Shown: positions 55,308 through 64,000 of the stretch, in pieces
How positions within the stretch are numbered: position 1 is the stretch's first letter
Layout of the letters: every line of letters starts with the position of its first letter
From: Gemmatimonas sp.
Lineage (GTDB): Bacteria; Gemmatimonadota; Gemmatimonadetes; Gemmatimonadales; Gemmatimonadaceae
Assembly (NCBI GenBank): GCA_965279375.1
Contig: OZ257156.1
Location: 3,776,001 to 3,840,000 of the forward strand
Length of the DNA: 64,000 nt
Direction of reading: 5' to 3'
Made by a program: the position numbers and the translations under genes
The notes under the pieces: generated by a model
Seen by the model: the letters and a program-made list of their open reading frames with translations, nothing else
Database searches by the model: none
What the model was told of the DNA's origin: nothing

Positions 55308-55955
55308 TCAGTCGCCTTTGCTGAAGTCGTTGATTTCCTCTTCGAGCTGCGCGATCAACCCCTCGACCTGCGCTTCGACCTGATGTACCCGGTCATGCCG
55401 CAGCCCTTCGGCATCGATGATCGCACTCACCTGATCCACCGCACGTTCGAGGTCGTCGTTCACCACCACATAGTGGTAGCGCCCAACTTCGCCCAGTTCC
55501 GCACGCGCGTTGCGCAGGCGCACGAGCAAACGCTCGCGACTCTCACTCTTCCGCCCTGCCAACCGTGCCTTGAGTACCTCGCCCGAGGGCGGAAGCACGA
55601 AAATCAGCACGGTGTCCACAAACGCCGCGGCAAACTGCCGCGCTCCCTGCACATCGATGTCCATCAACACATGCTGGCCGCCCTGCAACACCCGCAGGAC
55701 TTCCGAACGCAGCGTTCCGTAATAGTAACCGTGTACCTCAGCCCACTCCGCAAATTCGCCGGCATCCCGCGCCCGGATGAACTCGTCGCGTGAGAGGAAC
55801 CGGTAGTCGCGGCCGTCGACTTCGCCAGCCCGCGGTTCGCGCGTGGTGCAGCTGACAGAATAACCCACATCCGCCCGGCGCTCCAGCAACCGGCGCGCAA
55901 TCGTGGTCTTTCCACCGCCGGACGGTGCAGACAGAATGACCGGAAAGTGCGTCAC
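55308..55955 (-). CDS. gmk: Guanylate kinase
   Basis: [35 protein letters not shown]. Confidence 0.97.
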   Translation of the reverse strand: MTHFPVILSAPSGGGKTTIARRLLERRADVGYSVSCTTREPRAGEVDGRDYRFLSRDEFIRARDAGEFAEWAEVHGYYYGTLRSEVLRVLQGGQHVLMDIDVQGARQFAAAFVDTVLIFVLPPSGEVLKARLAGRKSESRERLLVRLRNARAELGEVGRYHYVVVNDDLERAVDQVSAIIDAEGLRHDRVHQVEAQVEGLIAQLEEEINDFSKGD

Positions 55956-56827
55956 TCGAGGTTCTCCACCTGCTCCCGGATCCGTTCCAGCTCCTCTTTT
56001 ACGCTCACGACCTCATGGAGGATCGCGGCGTCCGCGCCCTTGCTGCCTGTCGTGTTGGCCTCGCGAAGCATCTCCTGGAGGAGGAAGCCGAGCCGCTTGC
56101 CCACCGGTTCTCCGCCCTGAACCGCCAAGGCCGTGCGGAAGGCGCTGATGTGGGAGCGAAAACGATCCATCTCCTCGCTGACGTCCAGCCGGTCGGCCAG
56201 AATTGCGATCTCCTGGGCCAGACGCTGCTCGTCGATCGCCACGCCGTCGGTCAGCGCGCGAACGGAGGTACGCAGCCGCTCTCGCTGGGCGATGATCCGC
56301 TCTGGGGCGCGTTCGGCGATGCGATCGAGCGCCCCCGCGACGATGTCGAGGCGCTGCCGGAGCACATCGGCCAGACGTCCGCCTTCCTCCTCGCGGGTAC
56401 GCCCCAACCCATCGAGCGCGCGATCCACGATCGCCAGCAGCTCCGCGACGGTGCCCACCTCGTCATCCGCGCGGGGCGCGGCGATCACATCCGGCATGCG
56501 CAGCACGGTCGCGACGTCCACGCCGCCGTCGAGCGAGAACTGGGTCTGCAATGCCCGAAGCTGGGCCACGACCCGACCGAAGCGCTCCTCGTCGATCACC
56601 GCGGCAGCGCCGGGCAGGCGTTCGACGCGTGCCGACAGCGTCACGTGGCCACGACTCACCTTGAGGCGCATCGCCTCGCGCACCTCGGTCTCCCAGCGGC
56701 CGAACGCCTCTGGCAACTTGATGCTGGGAGAGAAGAATCGGTGATTGACGGTGCGTACTTCCACCGTCACGCGCACGCTGCCCACCGTTCCATCAGCTTG
56801 GCCGAAGCCCGTCATTGAGCGAATCAT
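55952..56827 (-). CDS. yicC: YicC/YloC family endoribonuclease
   Basis: [31 protein letters not shown]. Confidence 0.95.
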   Translation of the reverse strand: MIRSMTGFGQADGTVGSVRVTVEVRTVNHRFFSPSIKLPEAFGRWETEVREAMRLKVSRGHVTLSARVERLPGAAAVIDEERFGRVVAQLRALQTQFSLDGGVDVATVLRMPDVIAAPRADDEVGTVAELLAIVDRALDGLGRTREEEGGRLADVLRQRLDIVAGALDRIAERAPERIIAQRERLRTSVRALTDGVAIDEQRLAQEIAILADRLDVSEEMDRFRSHISAFRTALAVQGGEPVGKRLGFLLQEMLREANTTGSKGADAAILHEVVSVKEELERIREQVENLE

Positions 56828-56900
56828 CGATTCGGCAATGAAACGTTTCGCAATGAAGGCGTCAATCGAGCGACGGTCGAGAGCGAGCGCGCTGCACGCA

Positions 56901-58949
56901 CTAGTTGAAGAAATCCCATCGCACCCCGTACATCTGAACCGCCGGCGGCATCGTGAGGCCGGGGATCTGTTCGTAGTCGCCGCCAGTGAGGTTGCGATAC
57001 ATGTAGAACAGTGTCGCGCGCTGAATGCGGATCTCGACCAGACCGCTCAAGACGTTCGCGGGCACGGTGACCCGAATGTCCGCCGTTCCGTCCGTCTTGG
57101 CACCGTAGAAAAACGGCACCGAGCCGCGACGATCGTAGATCAGGCGCGCATTGAATCCGAACTCGCCCTTGGGGAAGTGGCTGCGCCAGTCGCTGATCAG
57201 CGCGAGTTCGGTGCGCACGTTGAGCTGCGGTCGCCCGAACTGCGACGTGTTCCAGCGCATCCCCTGTACGTCAAGATGGAGGTCCTTGTACAGCTTCCCC
57301 TTCACGCCACCCGTGAACGCCGTGGCGGGCCCCGACTGCAGCGCGTCACCGTTCGTGCCGAGCAGCTGCGGCGAGAAGTAGCTCACGGAATCCTCGCGTA
57401 CGATGCCGCCGTGCAACAGCAGCTTTCGGAACCGAAGTCCGGCATCGAGACGGGTCGTCATTGAGCGAGACCGTTCCGTGCTCGACGACGGCGATCGGAC
57501 ACTCTGCGCCAGCGAGAGTACCAGCCACTTGAGTGGCTCCATGCGCGCCGTCGCATCAATCCGAGTGGTCGAGTCCACGCCGCGATGTTCCGCATACAAG
57601 CTCGCGCCCAACCTCGGCGACCCGATGGTGCCGCGCAGCGCCGGCGACTGCACCGTCCGACCGTTGATCGCCCGCACTCGATTCACGAACGAGTATTGCC
57701 AGTTGGCGGCTCGATATCCGATCGCGACCATCTGCTGCGACCGCGCCCGCAGCGTGTCGGACGACGCGAGGGCAACCGAGTCGGCGTCCGCGACTACCGA
57801 CGCCGCGCTGGAGTCCTTGATGCCTTCGAGTTTCGTGGCCGCGACGGCCAGCACCGCCTGCGTCCAGAATCCACGCGACGTATCACCATACGCCGCGCGC
57901 AGATACGCATCACGCCGCGAACCCTTGAAGGCAGGGAGATTCGTGAAGTCCTTTCGCGCAGTCTGCGCATCGCGATCGCGCACGTTCGCCGTGGCATAGA
58001 GATCGAACGTGGTCTTGCCGCGTGACCACCCGAGGCGCGTATTGATGGCCTGATTGGTGCCATCGCCTCCGGTGCGCGACGTTCCCGCGGTGGTGAACGC
58101 TGACACGCGTCCCGTCTGCGTGGCCGCTTGCTGTGCGCCAAACTGTACGATGAAACCGTTGCTGTATCGACGTGCAAACAGGCCGCGAAAGCCGTTCGTG
58201 TTGCGATCACCGGTGAAGATGTCGACGCGCGTGAACGGAATGGTCTTCGTGTAGCTCGCGCTCCGCATCCAGACGCGCACTTCGCCCGCTGCGCGCTCGA
58301 TGCGGATCTCGTCGAGCGACCAGAGAGGCAAATCATTCAGGTCAAGGATGCCGCCGTTGCGCCCTTCGACCGCGTCCATCTCGACACCGTCGATGAAGAA
58401 GCGAATGCGCGAGAAATCGCCGTGGAACGACGCGGCATGAATGCCCGCCATCCACCCCGTGCGGAATGACGTGACGCCGGGCACGCGATCCAGCAGATCG
58501 GCGATGTTGATCGCCCCCGATGACAAGATTTGCTTCTTGTCGAACGTCCAGCGATCGTCGAGATCGAGATCCGGAGGCGGTTCAAAGCGCGCGATCGGCG
58601 CGCGCACCGTGTCGCCAGCGCGGAACTTGGCGATGCTGTCGCTGCGATCGCGGATGCGCTTCTGCATCAACGAATCTTCGGGGCTACCGGGCTTGGGGAG
58701 CGCGGGGGCACCGGTGACGACGGGCACACCGAGCTTTGCGGCGCCTGCGCTGTCCGGCTTGGCGGGAACAGGCCGCACCGGCAGCGTGTCCCGCTTGGTC
58801 GAATCCGGACGAACCTGCGCGCGCGCCACATCGGCGTCGCTGAACAGTGCGACCAAAGCGATGACCACCGCCGACAGCCACGCGCTGCAGCTCGACAGTC
58901 GCCGGCTCGGCCGCTTTCGCGCGGCGCTATCCATCAACGACCAACTCAC
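56901..58949 (-). CDS. Outer-membrane beta-barrel protein with TonB-dependent-receptor plug-like domain
   Basis: Signal peptide (ARA/Q), plug-like IADLLDRVPGV...FFIDGV...IRIER, amphipathic strands, C-terminal GVRWDFFN. Confidence 0.7.
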   Translation of the reverse strand: MSWSLMDSAARKRPSRRLSSCSAWLSAVVIALVALFSDADVARAQVRPDSTKRDTLPVRPVPAKPDSAGAAKLGVPVVTGAPALPKPGSPEDSLMQKRIRDRSDSIAKFRAGDTVRAPIARFEPPPDLDLDDRWTFDKKQILSSGAINIADLLDRVPGVTSFRTGWMAGIHAASFHGDFSRIRFFIDGVEMDAVEGRNGGILDLNDLPLWSLDEIRIERAAGEVRVWMRSASYTKTIPFTRVDIFTGDRNTNGFRGLFARRYSNGFIVQFGAQQAATQTGRVSAFTTAGTSRTGGDGTNQAINTRLGWSRGKTTFDLYATANVRDRDAQTARKDFTNLPAFKGSRRDAYLRAAYGDTSRGFWTQAVLAVAATKLEGIKDSSAASVVADADSVALASSDTLRARSQQMVAIGYRAANWQYSFVNRVRAINGRTVQSPALRGTIGSPRLGASLYAEHRGVDSTTRIDATARMEPLKWLVLSLAQSVRSPSSSTERSRSMTTRLDAGLRFRKLLLHGGIVREDSVSYFSPQLLGTNGDALQSGPATAFTGGVKGKLYKDLHLDVQGMRWNTSQFGRPQLNVRTELALISDWRSHFPKGEFGFNARLIYDRRGSVPFFYGAKTDGTADIRVTVPANVLSGLVEIRIQRATLFYMYRNLTGGDYEQIPGLTMPPAVQMYGVRWDFFN

Positions 58950-58979
58950 GCCACCACCGCGACGCTCAATGGCTCTGGC

Positions 58980-60458
58980 TCAACGGGCGCGGGCGCGGAC
59001 GAACTCCACGAAAGTGCCGACCGGGGTGCCCGTGGGGCCCTTGGGAATCCATCCGAGATCGGTCTGCGAGTACGCGGTGCCGGCAACGTCGAGATGCACC
59101 CACGGGTAGCCGTCCACGAACTCCTTGAGAAACAGCGCAGCGGTGATGGAGCCAGCGGCGCGACCGCCCGTGTTCTTGAGGTCGGCCACGTCGGACTTGA
59201 TCTGCTCCTTGTACTCATCCCAGAGCGGCATCGGCCAGCCCGGCTCACCCGCGAGCTGACCGGCGGCCAGCACTTCGTCCACGACGGCCTTTTCGGCGCC
59301 GAAGACACCCACCGCGTTGGCACCAAGGCCAATCACGATCGCGCCGGTCAGCGTCGCTGCGTCGATCGCAACGGCCGGATTGAAACGCTTGGCGAACACC
59401 AACAAATCGGCCAGCACCAGGCGCCCTTCGGCGTCGGTGTTGATCACCTCGATGGTCTTGCCGTTTGATGCACGCACGACGTCGCCCGGCTTGACCGCCG
59501 TGCCAGACGGCATGTTGGTCGTGGAGCCGACGATGCCGACGACGTTGATGGGCAGCTTGAGACGACCGATCGCCTCCATCGCGCCCATCACGCCGCCCGC
59601 GCCGCTCATGTCGTATTTCATCCACTCCATTTCCGGCGCCGGCTTGATGGAGATACCGCCGGTGTCGAAGCAGAGTCCCTTGCCGATCAACACCACAGGT
59701 GCCTCGCCCGGTGCGCCACCGCGATACTCGAGCGCGACCAAACGCGGCTCTTCCGGCGTCCCCTGCGCCACGGACAGGAACGAGCCCATCCCTTCCTTCG
59801 CCATCTCCGCGCGCCCGAGCACGGTCAGTTCCATGCTGTGCCGCTCGGCGATTTCGCGGCCGACTTCCACGAAGGTCTCAGGCGTGCAGTAGTTGCCCGG
59901 CATCATGCCCAGACGCTTGGCGATGGCTTGACCTTCAGCCACCGCGGCGCCGGCGGCGAAAGCCGCCCGTGCCGCATCGGTATCTGCAATGAGAATCGTG
60001 GCGTCGGCCAGCGGCGTGCGACGCTCGGCCGCGGCGGCCGGCGTGCGCAGATCGGGATACTCCCAACTGCCAGCAGCGGCACCCAGCGCCAAACCTTCCG
60101 TGGCTTCCGCGTCGGCGTCGGGGAGCATGACGTGCATCGCGCCCGTGCCGAGTTTGACTGCCTGACGCGCCGCGATTGCCGCCGCCCGACGTGCCGTGGT
60201 ACGCGTGAGTGGCGCGCTGCCGCGACCGACCAGTAGCACGCGCTGTGCACCAGCGTCGCCGCCGACGAGCAACAGCGTCTCGTCGCGATTACCGCGGAAG
60301 TCGCGACGAGCGAGCGTCCGGGACAAGGCCCCGCCCAACTGCGTGTCCACCGCGCCCAGCACCGCAGGCACCGTCGGGTTCTGCGCGAGAATCACGACGA
60401 GGAGCGGCGTCGTCACACTCGAAGGAGACTCATGCGAGGCGTGAAGCGAAATGGACAT
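58980..60458 (-). CDS. pepA: Leucyl aminopeptidase (M17)
   Basis: GKGLCFDTGG, MKYDMSG, NTDAEGRL, HLDVAG. Confidence 0.95.
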   Translation of the reverse strand: MSISLHASHESPSSVTTPLLVVILAQNPTVPAVLGAVDTQLGGALSRTLARRDFRGNRDETLLLVGGDAGAQRVLLVGRGSAPLTRTTARRAAAIAARQAVKLGTGAMHVMLPDADAEATEGLALGAAAGSWEYPDLRTPAAAAERRTPLADATILIADTDAARAAFAAGAAVAEGQAIAKRLGMMPGNYCTPETFVEVGREIAERHSMELTVLGRAEMAKEGMGSFLSVAQGTPEEPRLVALEYRGGAPGEAPVVLIGKGLCFDTGGISIKPAPEMEWMKYDMSGAGGVMGAMEAIGRLKLPINVVGIVGSTTNMPSGTAVKPGDVVRASNGKTIEVINTDAEGRLVLADLLVFAKRFNPAVAIDAATLTGAIVIGLGANAVGVFGAEKAVVDEVLAAGQLAGEPGWPMPLWDEYKEQIKSDVADLKNTGGRAAGSITAALFLKEFVDGYPWVHLDVAGTAYSQTDLGWIPKGPTGTPVGTFVEFVRARAR

Positions 60459-60655
60459 GCGACCTGTGCGTGGAGTGCGAAAGGTGTGCGGACCGTGAGT
60501 GGGCGCGGCGCGTGCGTCCGAGCGCTGGGTCTGTCCTGCAGACCCGCACGCGACGTGACGGTTCCACTCGTCGCAGCCCCTGTCGAAGCTAGGGGGGGAG
60601 CCTCTGCGGCGGCAAGCGAATCACGAGGCAGAACCGAATCGCTGCTGAAACGACA

Positions 60656-60688
60656 CAACGCCCGGCCGCGACTGCGGACCGGGCGTTG
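60656..60688 (-). terminator. Terminator hairpin after tRNA-Asn
   Basis: CAACGCCCGG...CCGGGCGTTG stem followed by TGTCGTTT on the minus strand. Confidence 0.6.
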
Positions 60689-60693
60689 CGGTA

Positions 60694-60765
<72 letters not shown>

Positions 60766-60867
60766 TCATGCCCGACAGCAGGCACGGAGAAAACATATCC
60801 GCCGATCGCTCCGCACAACAGCGGGAAGAAGAATTCTTCGAGAATCTCCGACCCTGGCCGCGGATGC

Positions 60868-62442
60868 TCAGAACTGATGCGCCGACGCAGCCTGCCAGGC
60901 ACGCGCCATCGATCCCGAGACCGACTCGGCCAGCAAGGCACCCGGCTCGAGCTGGGGATAGATGTCCGCGTAGCTCTTGATCTCCATGGCGCTCACTCGC
61001 TTGAGGATGAACCAAGGCTTGAGCGCACCCGGGTGCGGGAGCCCCGCCGCGCCAATCACCTCGAGGAAGCTCTTCACCGTCTCGGCGTGGTATCGCGCCA
61101 CGCGGTCGGCCTTGTCCCCTACGTGCAGTCCGTTCACCAAGGCAGGATTCTGCGTCGCCACGCCCGTCGGACAGGCGTTCGTGTTGCAGCGCAGCGCCTG
61201 AATGCACCCCAGCGCGAACATCATCGCGCGGGCCGCGTTACACATGTCCGCACCCAACGCGACTTTGGTAGCCATCTGAAAGCCCGTGTTCACCTTGCCG
61301 GAGGCAATGATGCGAATACGGTCACGCAGGTTCGCACCAACGAGGGCGTTGTGCACGAACGACAGCCCTTCGTTCAGCGGCGTACCAACTGAATCGGAGA
61401 ATTCGAGTGGCGCGGCACCAGTTCCACCCTCGCCGCCATCCACGGTGATGAAGTCGGGTGTGATGCCCGTCAGCAGCATCGCCTTCACGATGCCGAGAAA
61501 CTCGTGCCGCTTGCCAATGCACAGCTTGAATCCCACAGGCTTGCCGGCGCTCGCCACACGCAGCTGCTGCACGAACTCGAGTAGTCCGATCGGCGTCGAG
61601 AACGCGGTGTGCGCCGGTGGGGAGATGACGTCCTTGCCCGGCTCCACGCCGCGAATCTCGACGATCTCCGGCGTGAGCTTTTGCGCCGGAAGAATGCCAC
61701 CGTGCCCAGGCTTGGCTCCCTGCGACAGCTTGATTTCGATCATCTTCACATTCGGCAGCGCGGCGCGCTTGGTGAACTCCTCCAGGCTGAAGCGGCCATC
61801 GCGCGTGCGACAGCTGAAATAGCCGGTGCCGATCTGCCAGATCACGTCGCCGCCCGGCGAGAGGTGATACGGACTCAGCCCCCCTTCGCCAGTGTTGTGC
61901 GCAAAGCCGCCGATGCGCGCGCCGCCATTGAGCGCGAGGATCGCGTTTTTGCTGAGCGAGCCATAGCTCATGGCCGACACGTTTAGCAGCGAGGCGGAAT
62001 ATGGCTGCGTGCAATCCGGACCTCCGACAAGCACGCGCGAGTCCGCGGCCGCCACGTGCGTAGGCGCGAGAGAGTGATTGATCCACTCATAGCCCGTCGC
62101 GTAGACATCGCGCTGCGTGCCGAAGGGTAGCGTATCGACTTCCCCCTTCGCGCGCTGATACACGATCGAGCGATCGTTCCGGCTGAACGGCTTGCCGTCG
62201 CTATTCGACTCGATGAAATACTGATTGATCTCCGGTCGAATCAACTCGAGGATGTACCGCATGTGCCCGAGGACCGGATAGTTGCGGCGAATGGCCTGCT
62301 TGGTCTGCACAACGTCCGCGATCCCGCGCAAAATCAGCGGAACGATGACGACCAGCGACCACACGGCAGGCGGCCAGACGCGCTGTACGAGAGCGACGGT
62401 GGCCAGCAGGGCGACTGAAACAGCCCAAAAGAGGTTGCGCAT
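60868..62442 (-). CDS. FMN-binding glutamate synthase family protein (stand-alone GltB FMN domain with N-terminal TM helices)
   Basis: SAMSYGSLS, NTGEGG, EIKLSQGAKPGHGG, DGGEGGTGAAP, CIQALRCNTNACP [3Fe-4S]. Confidence 0.9.
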   Translation of the reverse strand: MRNLFWAVSVALLATVALVQRVWPPAVWSLVVIVPLILRGIADVVQTKQAIRRNYPVLGHMRYILELIRPEINQYFIESNSDGKPFSRNDRSIVYQRAKGEVDTLPFGTQRDVYATGYEWINHSLAPTHVAAADSRVLVGGPDCTQPYSASLLNVSAMSYGSLSKNAILALNGGARIGGFAHNTGEGGLSPYHLSPGGDVIWQIGTGYFSCRTRDGRFSLEEFTKRAALPNVKMIEIKLSQGAKPGHGGILPAQKLTPEIVEIRGVEPGKDVISPPAHTAFSTPIGLLEFVQQLRVASAGKPVGFKLCIGKRHEFLGIVKAMLLTGITPDFITVDGGEGGTGAAPLEFSDSVGTPLNEGLSFVHNALVGANLRDRIRIIASGKVNTGFQMATKVALGADMCNAARAMMFALGCIQALRCNTNACPTGVATQNPALVNGLHVGDKADRVARYHAETVKSFLEVIGAAGLPHPGALKPWFILKRVSAMEIKSYADIYPQLEPGALLAESVSGSMARAWQAASAHQF

Positions 62443-62616
62443 GGCCAATTGACGCTGCTCAAGCCAGCAACGTCACGGAAGTTGCCGCCCGGGTGACGGT
62501 GCCCCGTCGGCACACCGACGGTTTCGACGCTGGCGGCGTGATGGTTCGCTTGGCAGCTTTGGCGGCCGCTCGGCGTGTCGCAGCGGCCGACTGTCGCCCC
62601 CTCGCCACTGGCCTCC

Positions 62617-64000
62617 ATGCCTCGTCTCTACGCGCTCTTCGTGGGCATCAACGAGTATCAAAGCCCCGACGTCCCTGATCTGCGCGGCGCCGTAGCCGAT
62701 GTCCTTGCGTTGGCGGCCGTCTTCGAGAAGCGCACCGCGCCATCTGCCTTCAAGCCGCTCGTCCTGCTGGATGGGGAGGCGACGCGGGACGCCATCATCG
62801 ACAACGGTTTTCGCAAACATCTGGGTCAGGCTGGGTCGGACGACGTTGCGCTCTTTTACTATTGCGGTCACGGCTCGCAGGAACGCTGCCCCGAAGTCTG
62901 GCACGACATCGAACCGAAGAAGCTGAACGAGACGATTCTTTCCTGCGACGCGCGCACGCAGCGTGATCACGCCGGACAGTCCGCGCGGATCTACGACATC
63001 GCGGACAAGGAGCTCAGCATGCTCATTCACGAGATCGCCGAACGGGGCGCAGAAGTGGTGATCATCACCGACTCGTGCAACTCCGGCGGCAACACGCGTG
63101 AAGTCGCGTTGGATGGCGAGCAGCGCATCCGCGCGCGGCACACGGCGGAAGAGAAGCGCCCACCACGGCAGGTCTCGCAGTATCTGCCCGCCGTGCAGGA
63201 ACGATTCACGTCGGAACGATTGCAGGCCGAAGGCGCGCCCACCCCGCGACATGTCGCGCTCGCGGCGTGCCAGAGCTCCGAGAAAGCGATCGAGATCTCG
63301 GGTGCCACGGGAGCGCGAGGCATCTTCTCGCACACGCTCGAGGATGCGCTCGACAAGCTGGGGCCGAGTGCCACGTACATCGATCTCGTGAACGCCGTGC
63401 GGCTGCGCGTCAAAGATCGACTGATGCCGGAGTCGCTCGTCCAGGTGCCCGATCTGTACGTATCTGGCGGGGCCTCGGTCGCGCAGCTCTTCCTCGCGGG
63501 ACAAATCGGCCGCGTCGACATCAAGGTGCGAGCGAATAGCGCAGGTGAGTGGTGGATGACCTACGGCGCGATCGACGGCCTGCCGGATGTCGTCTCTGGT
63601 GGCGAAACATCCGTCGCGATCTATCCCGTCGGCGCGTTCGACAACGGTGGTGCCGTCGAGCCACTCGCCACCGGTGTAGTCGTCGCGGTGCAACACGACG
63701 CGGCGCAACTATCCATCGACTCGAGTGCCAAACCACTCGATCTTCAGAATGAGTACATCGTCCGCATCACGCGGTTGGGTTCCCCCGCGCTCGACGTGAT
63801 CGTCGATGTTCCTGCCAACGCCGACGCATCCGTGCTCGCCACCGCGCAAGACATTCGAAAGCGCCTATCGTCTGAGCATCCCATGATCGCCTTGACGGAC
63901 AAGCCCACGCGGGCTGCCGTCATTCGCGCCAAGGTATCGGGGGACGAGGTTCATCTGTGTGACGCGAGTGGCGCACCCTTCCCTGGTCTGACGTACGCGC
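62617..64000 (+). CDS. Caspase-family (peptidase C14) protease, multidomain, 3' end outside window
   Basis: Hand translation MPRLYALFVGINEY...FYYCGHGS (His 62869-62871)...IITDSCNSG (Cys 63076-63078)...LAACQSSE...GIFSHTL...QVP; open to the window end, so absent from the ORF track. Confidence 0.88.
   Translation, partial: MPRLYALFVGINEYQSPDVPDLRGAVADVLALAAVFEKRTAPSAFKPLVLLDGEATRDAIIDNGFRKHLGQAGSDDVALFYYCGHGSQERCPEVWHDIEPKKLNETILSCDARTQRDHAGQSARIYDIADKELSMLIHEIAERGAEVVIITDSCNSGGNTREVALDGEQRIRARHTAEEKRPPRQVSQYLPAVQERFTSERLQAEGAPTPRHVALAACQSSEKAIEISGATGARGIFSHTLEDALDKLGPSATYIDLVNAVRLRVKDRLMPESLVQVPDLYVSGGASVAQLFLAGQIGRVDIKVRANSAGEWWMTYGAIDGLPDVVSGGETSVAIYPVGAFDNGGAVEPLATGVVVAVQHDAAQLSIDSSAKPLDLQNEYIVRITRLGSPALDVIVDVPANADASVLATAQDIRKRLSSEHPMIALTDKPTRAAVIRAKVSGDEVHLCDASGAPFPGLTYA

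Noticed and set aside
56833..56860. GCAATGAA direct repeat and GAAACGTTTC palindrome upstream of yicC
   Set aside because: Two short copies only; cannot be distinguished from chance
62473..63708. 411-aa minus-strand ORF
   Set aside because: Antisense to the caspase-like gene, which has the catalytic dyad

Overview
GC-rich bacterial chromosome segment, most likely Gemmatimonadota/Gemmatimonas-like (inferred from gene content and order, not from a database search). Almost all genes lie on the minus strand and are core housekeeping. In transcription order: pepA, an outer-membrane plug-domain protein, yicC-gmk-rpoZ-coaBC-udg-dnaB-radA-ispD-tsaC-(Arg phosphatase)-aroE-comF-gap-pgk-tpiA-secG-carA-HU/IHF-moaD-moaE-moaA, mdh-sdhCAB, a complete nuoA-N complex I operon, pmm/pgm, UPF0182, sucCD, an EIIA-CBS fusion, ndk, yceD-rpmF-plsX-fabHDG-acpP-fabF, and mqnE (cut by the window edge). 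One tRNA-Asn(GTT) is present; no rRNA, CRISPR array, transposase or integrase was seen. The two edge genes (mqnE and a caspase-like protease) are absent from the supplied ORF track and were translated by hand. The strongest candidate for an undescribed system is a TsdA-type diheme thiosulfate dehydrogenase/tetrathionate reductase plus a Tat-exported DsrE-like protein, tightly coupled to the end of the mdh-sdhCAB operon. Other leads: a Rex-type operator just downstream of a predicted nuoA promoter, a PTS-EIIA/CBS fusion between sucD and ndk, an MqnE with a CX5CX2C motif, a catalytically intact caspase-like gene, and a triple 14-bp repeat filling the dnaB-radA gap.
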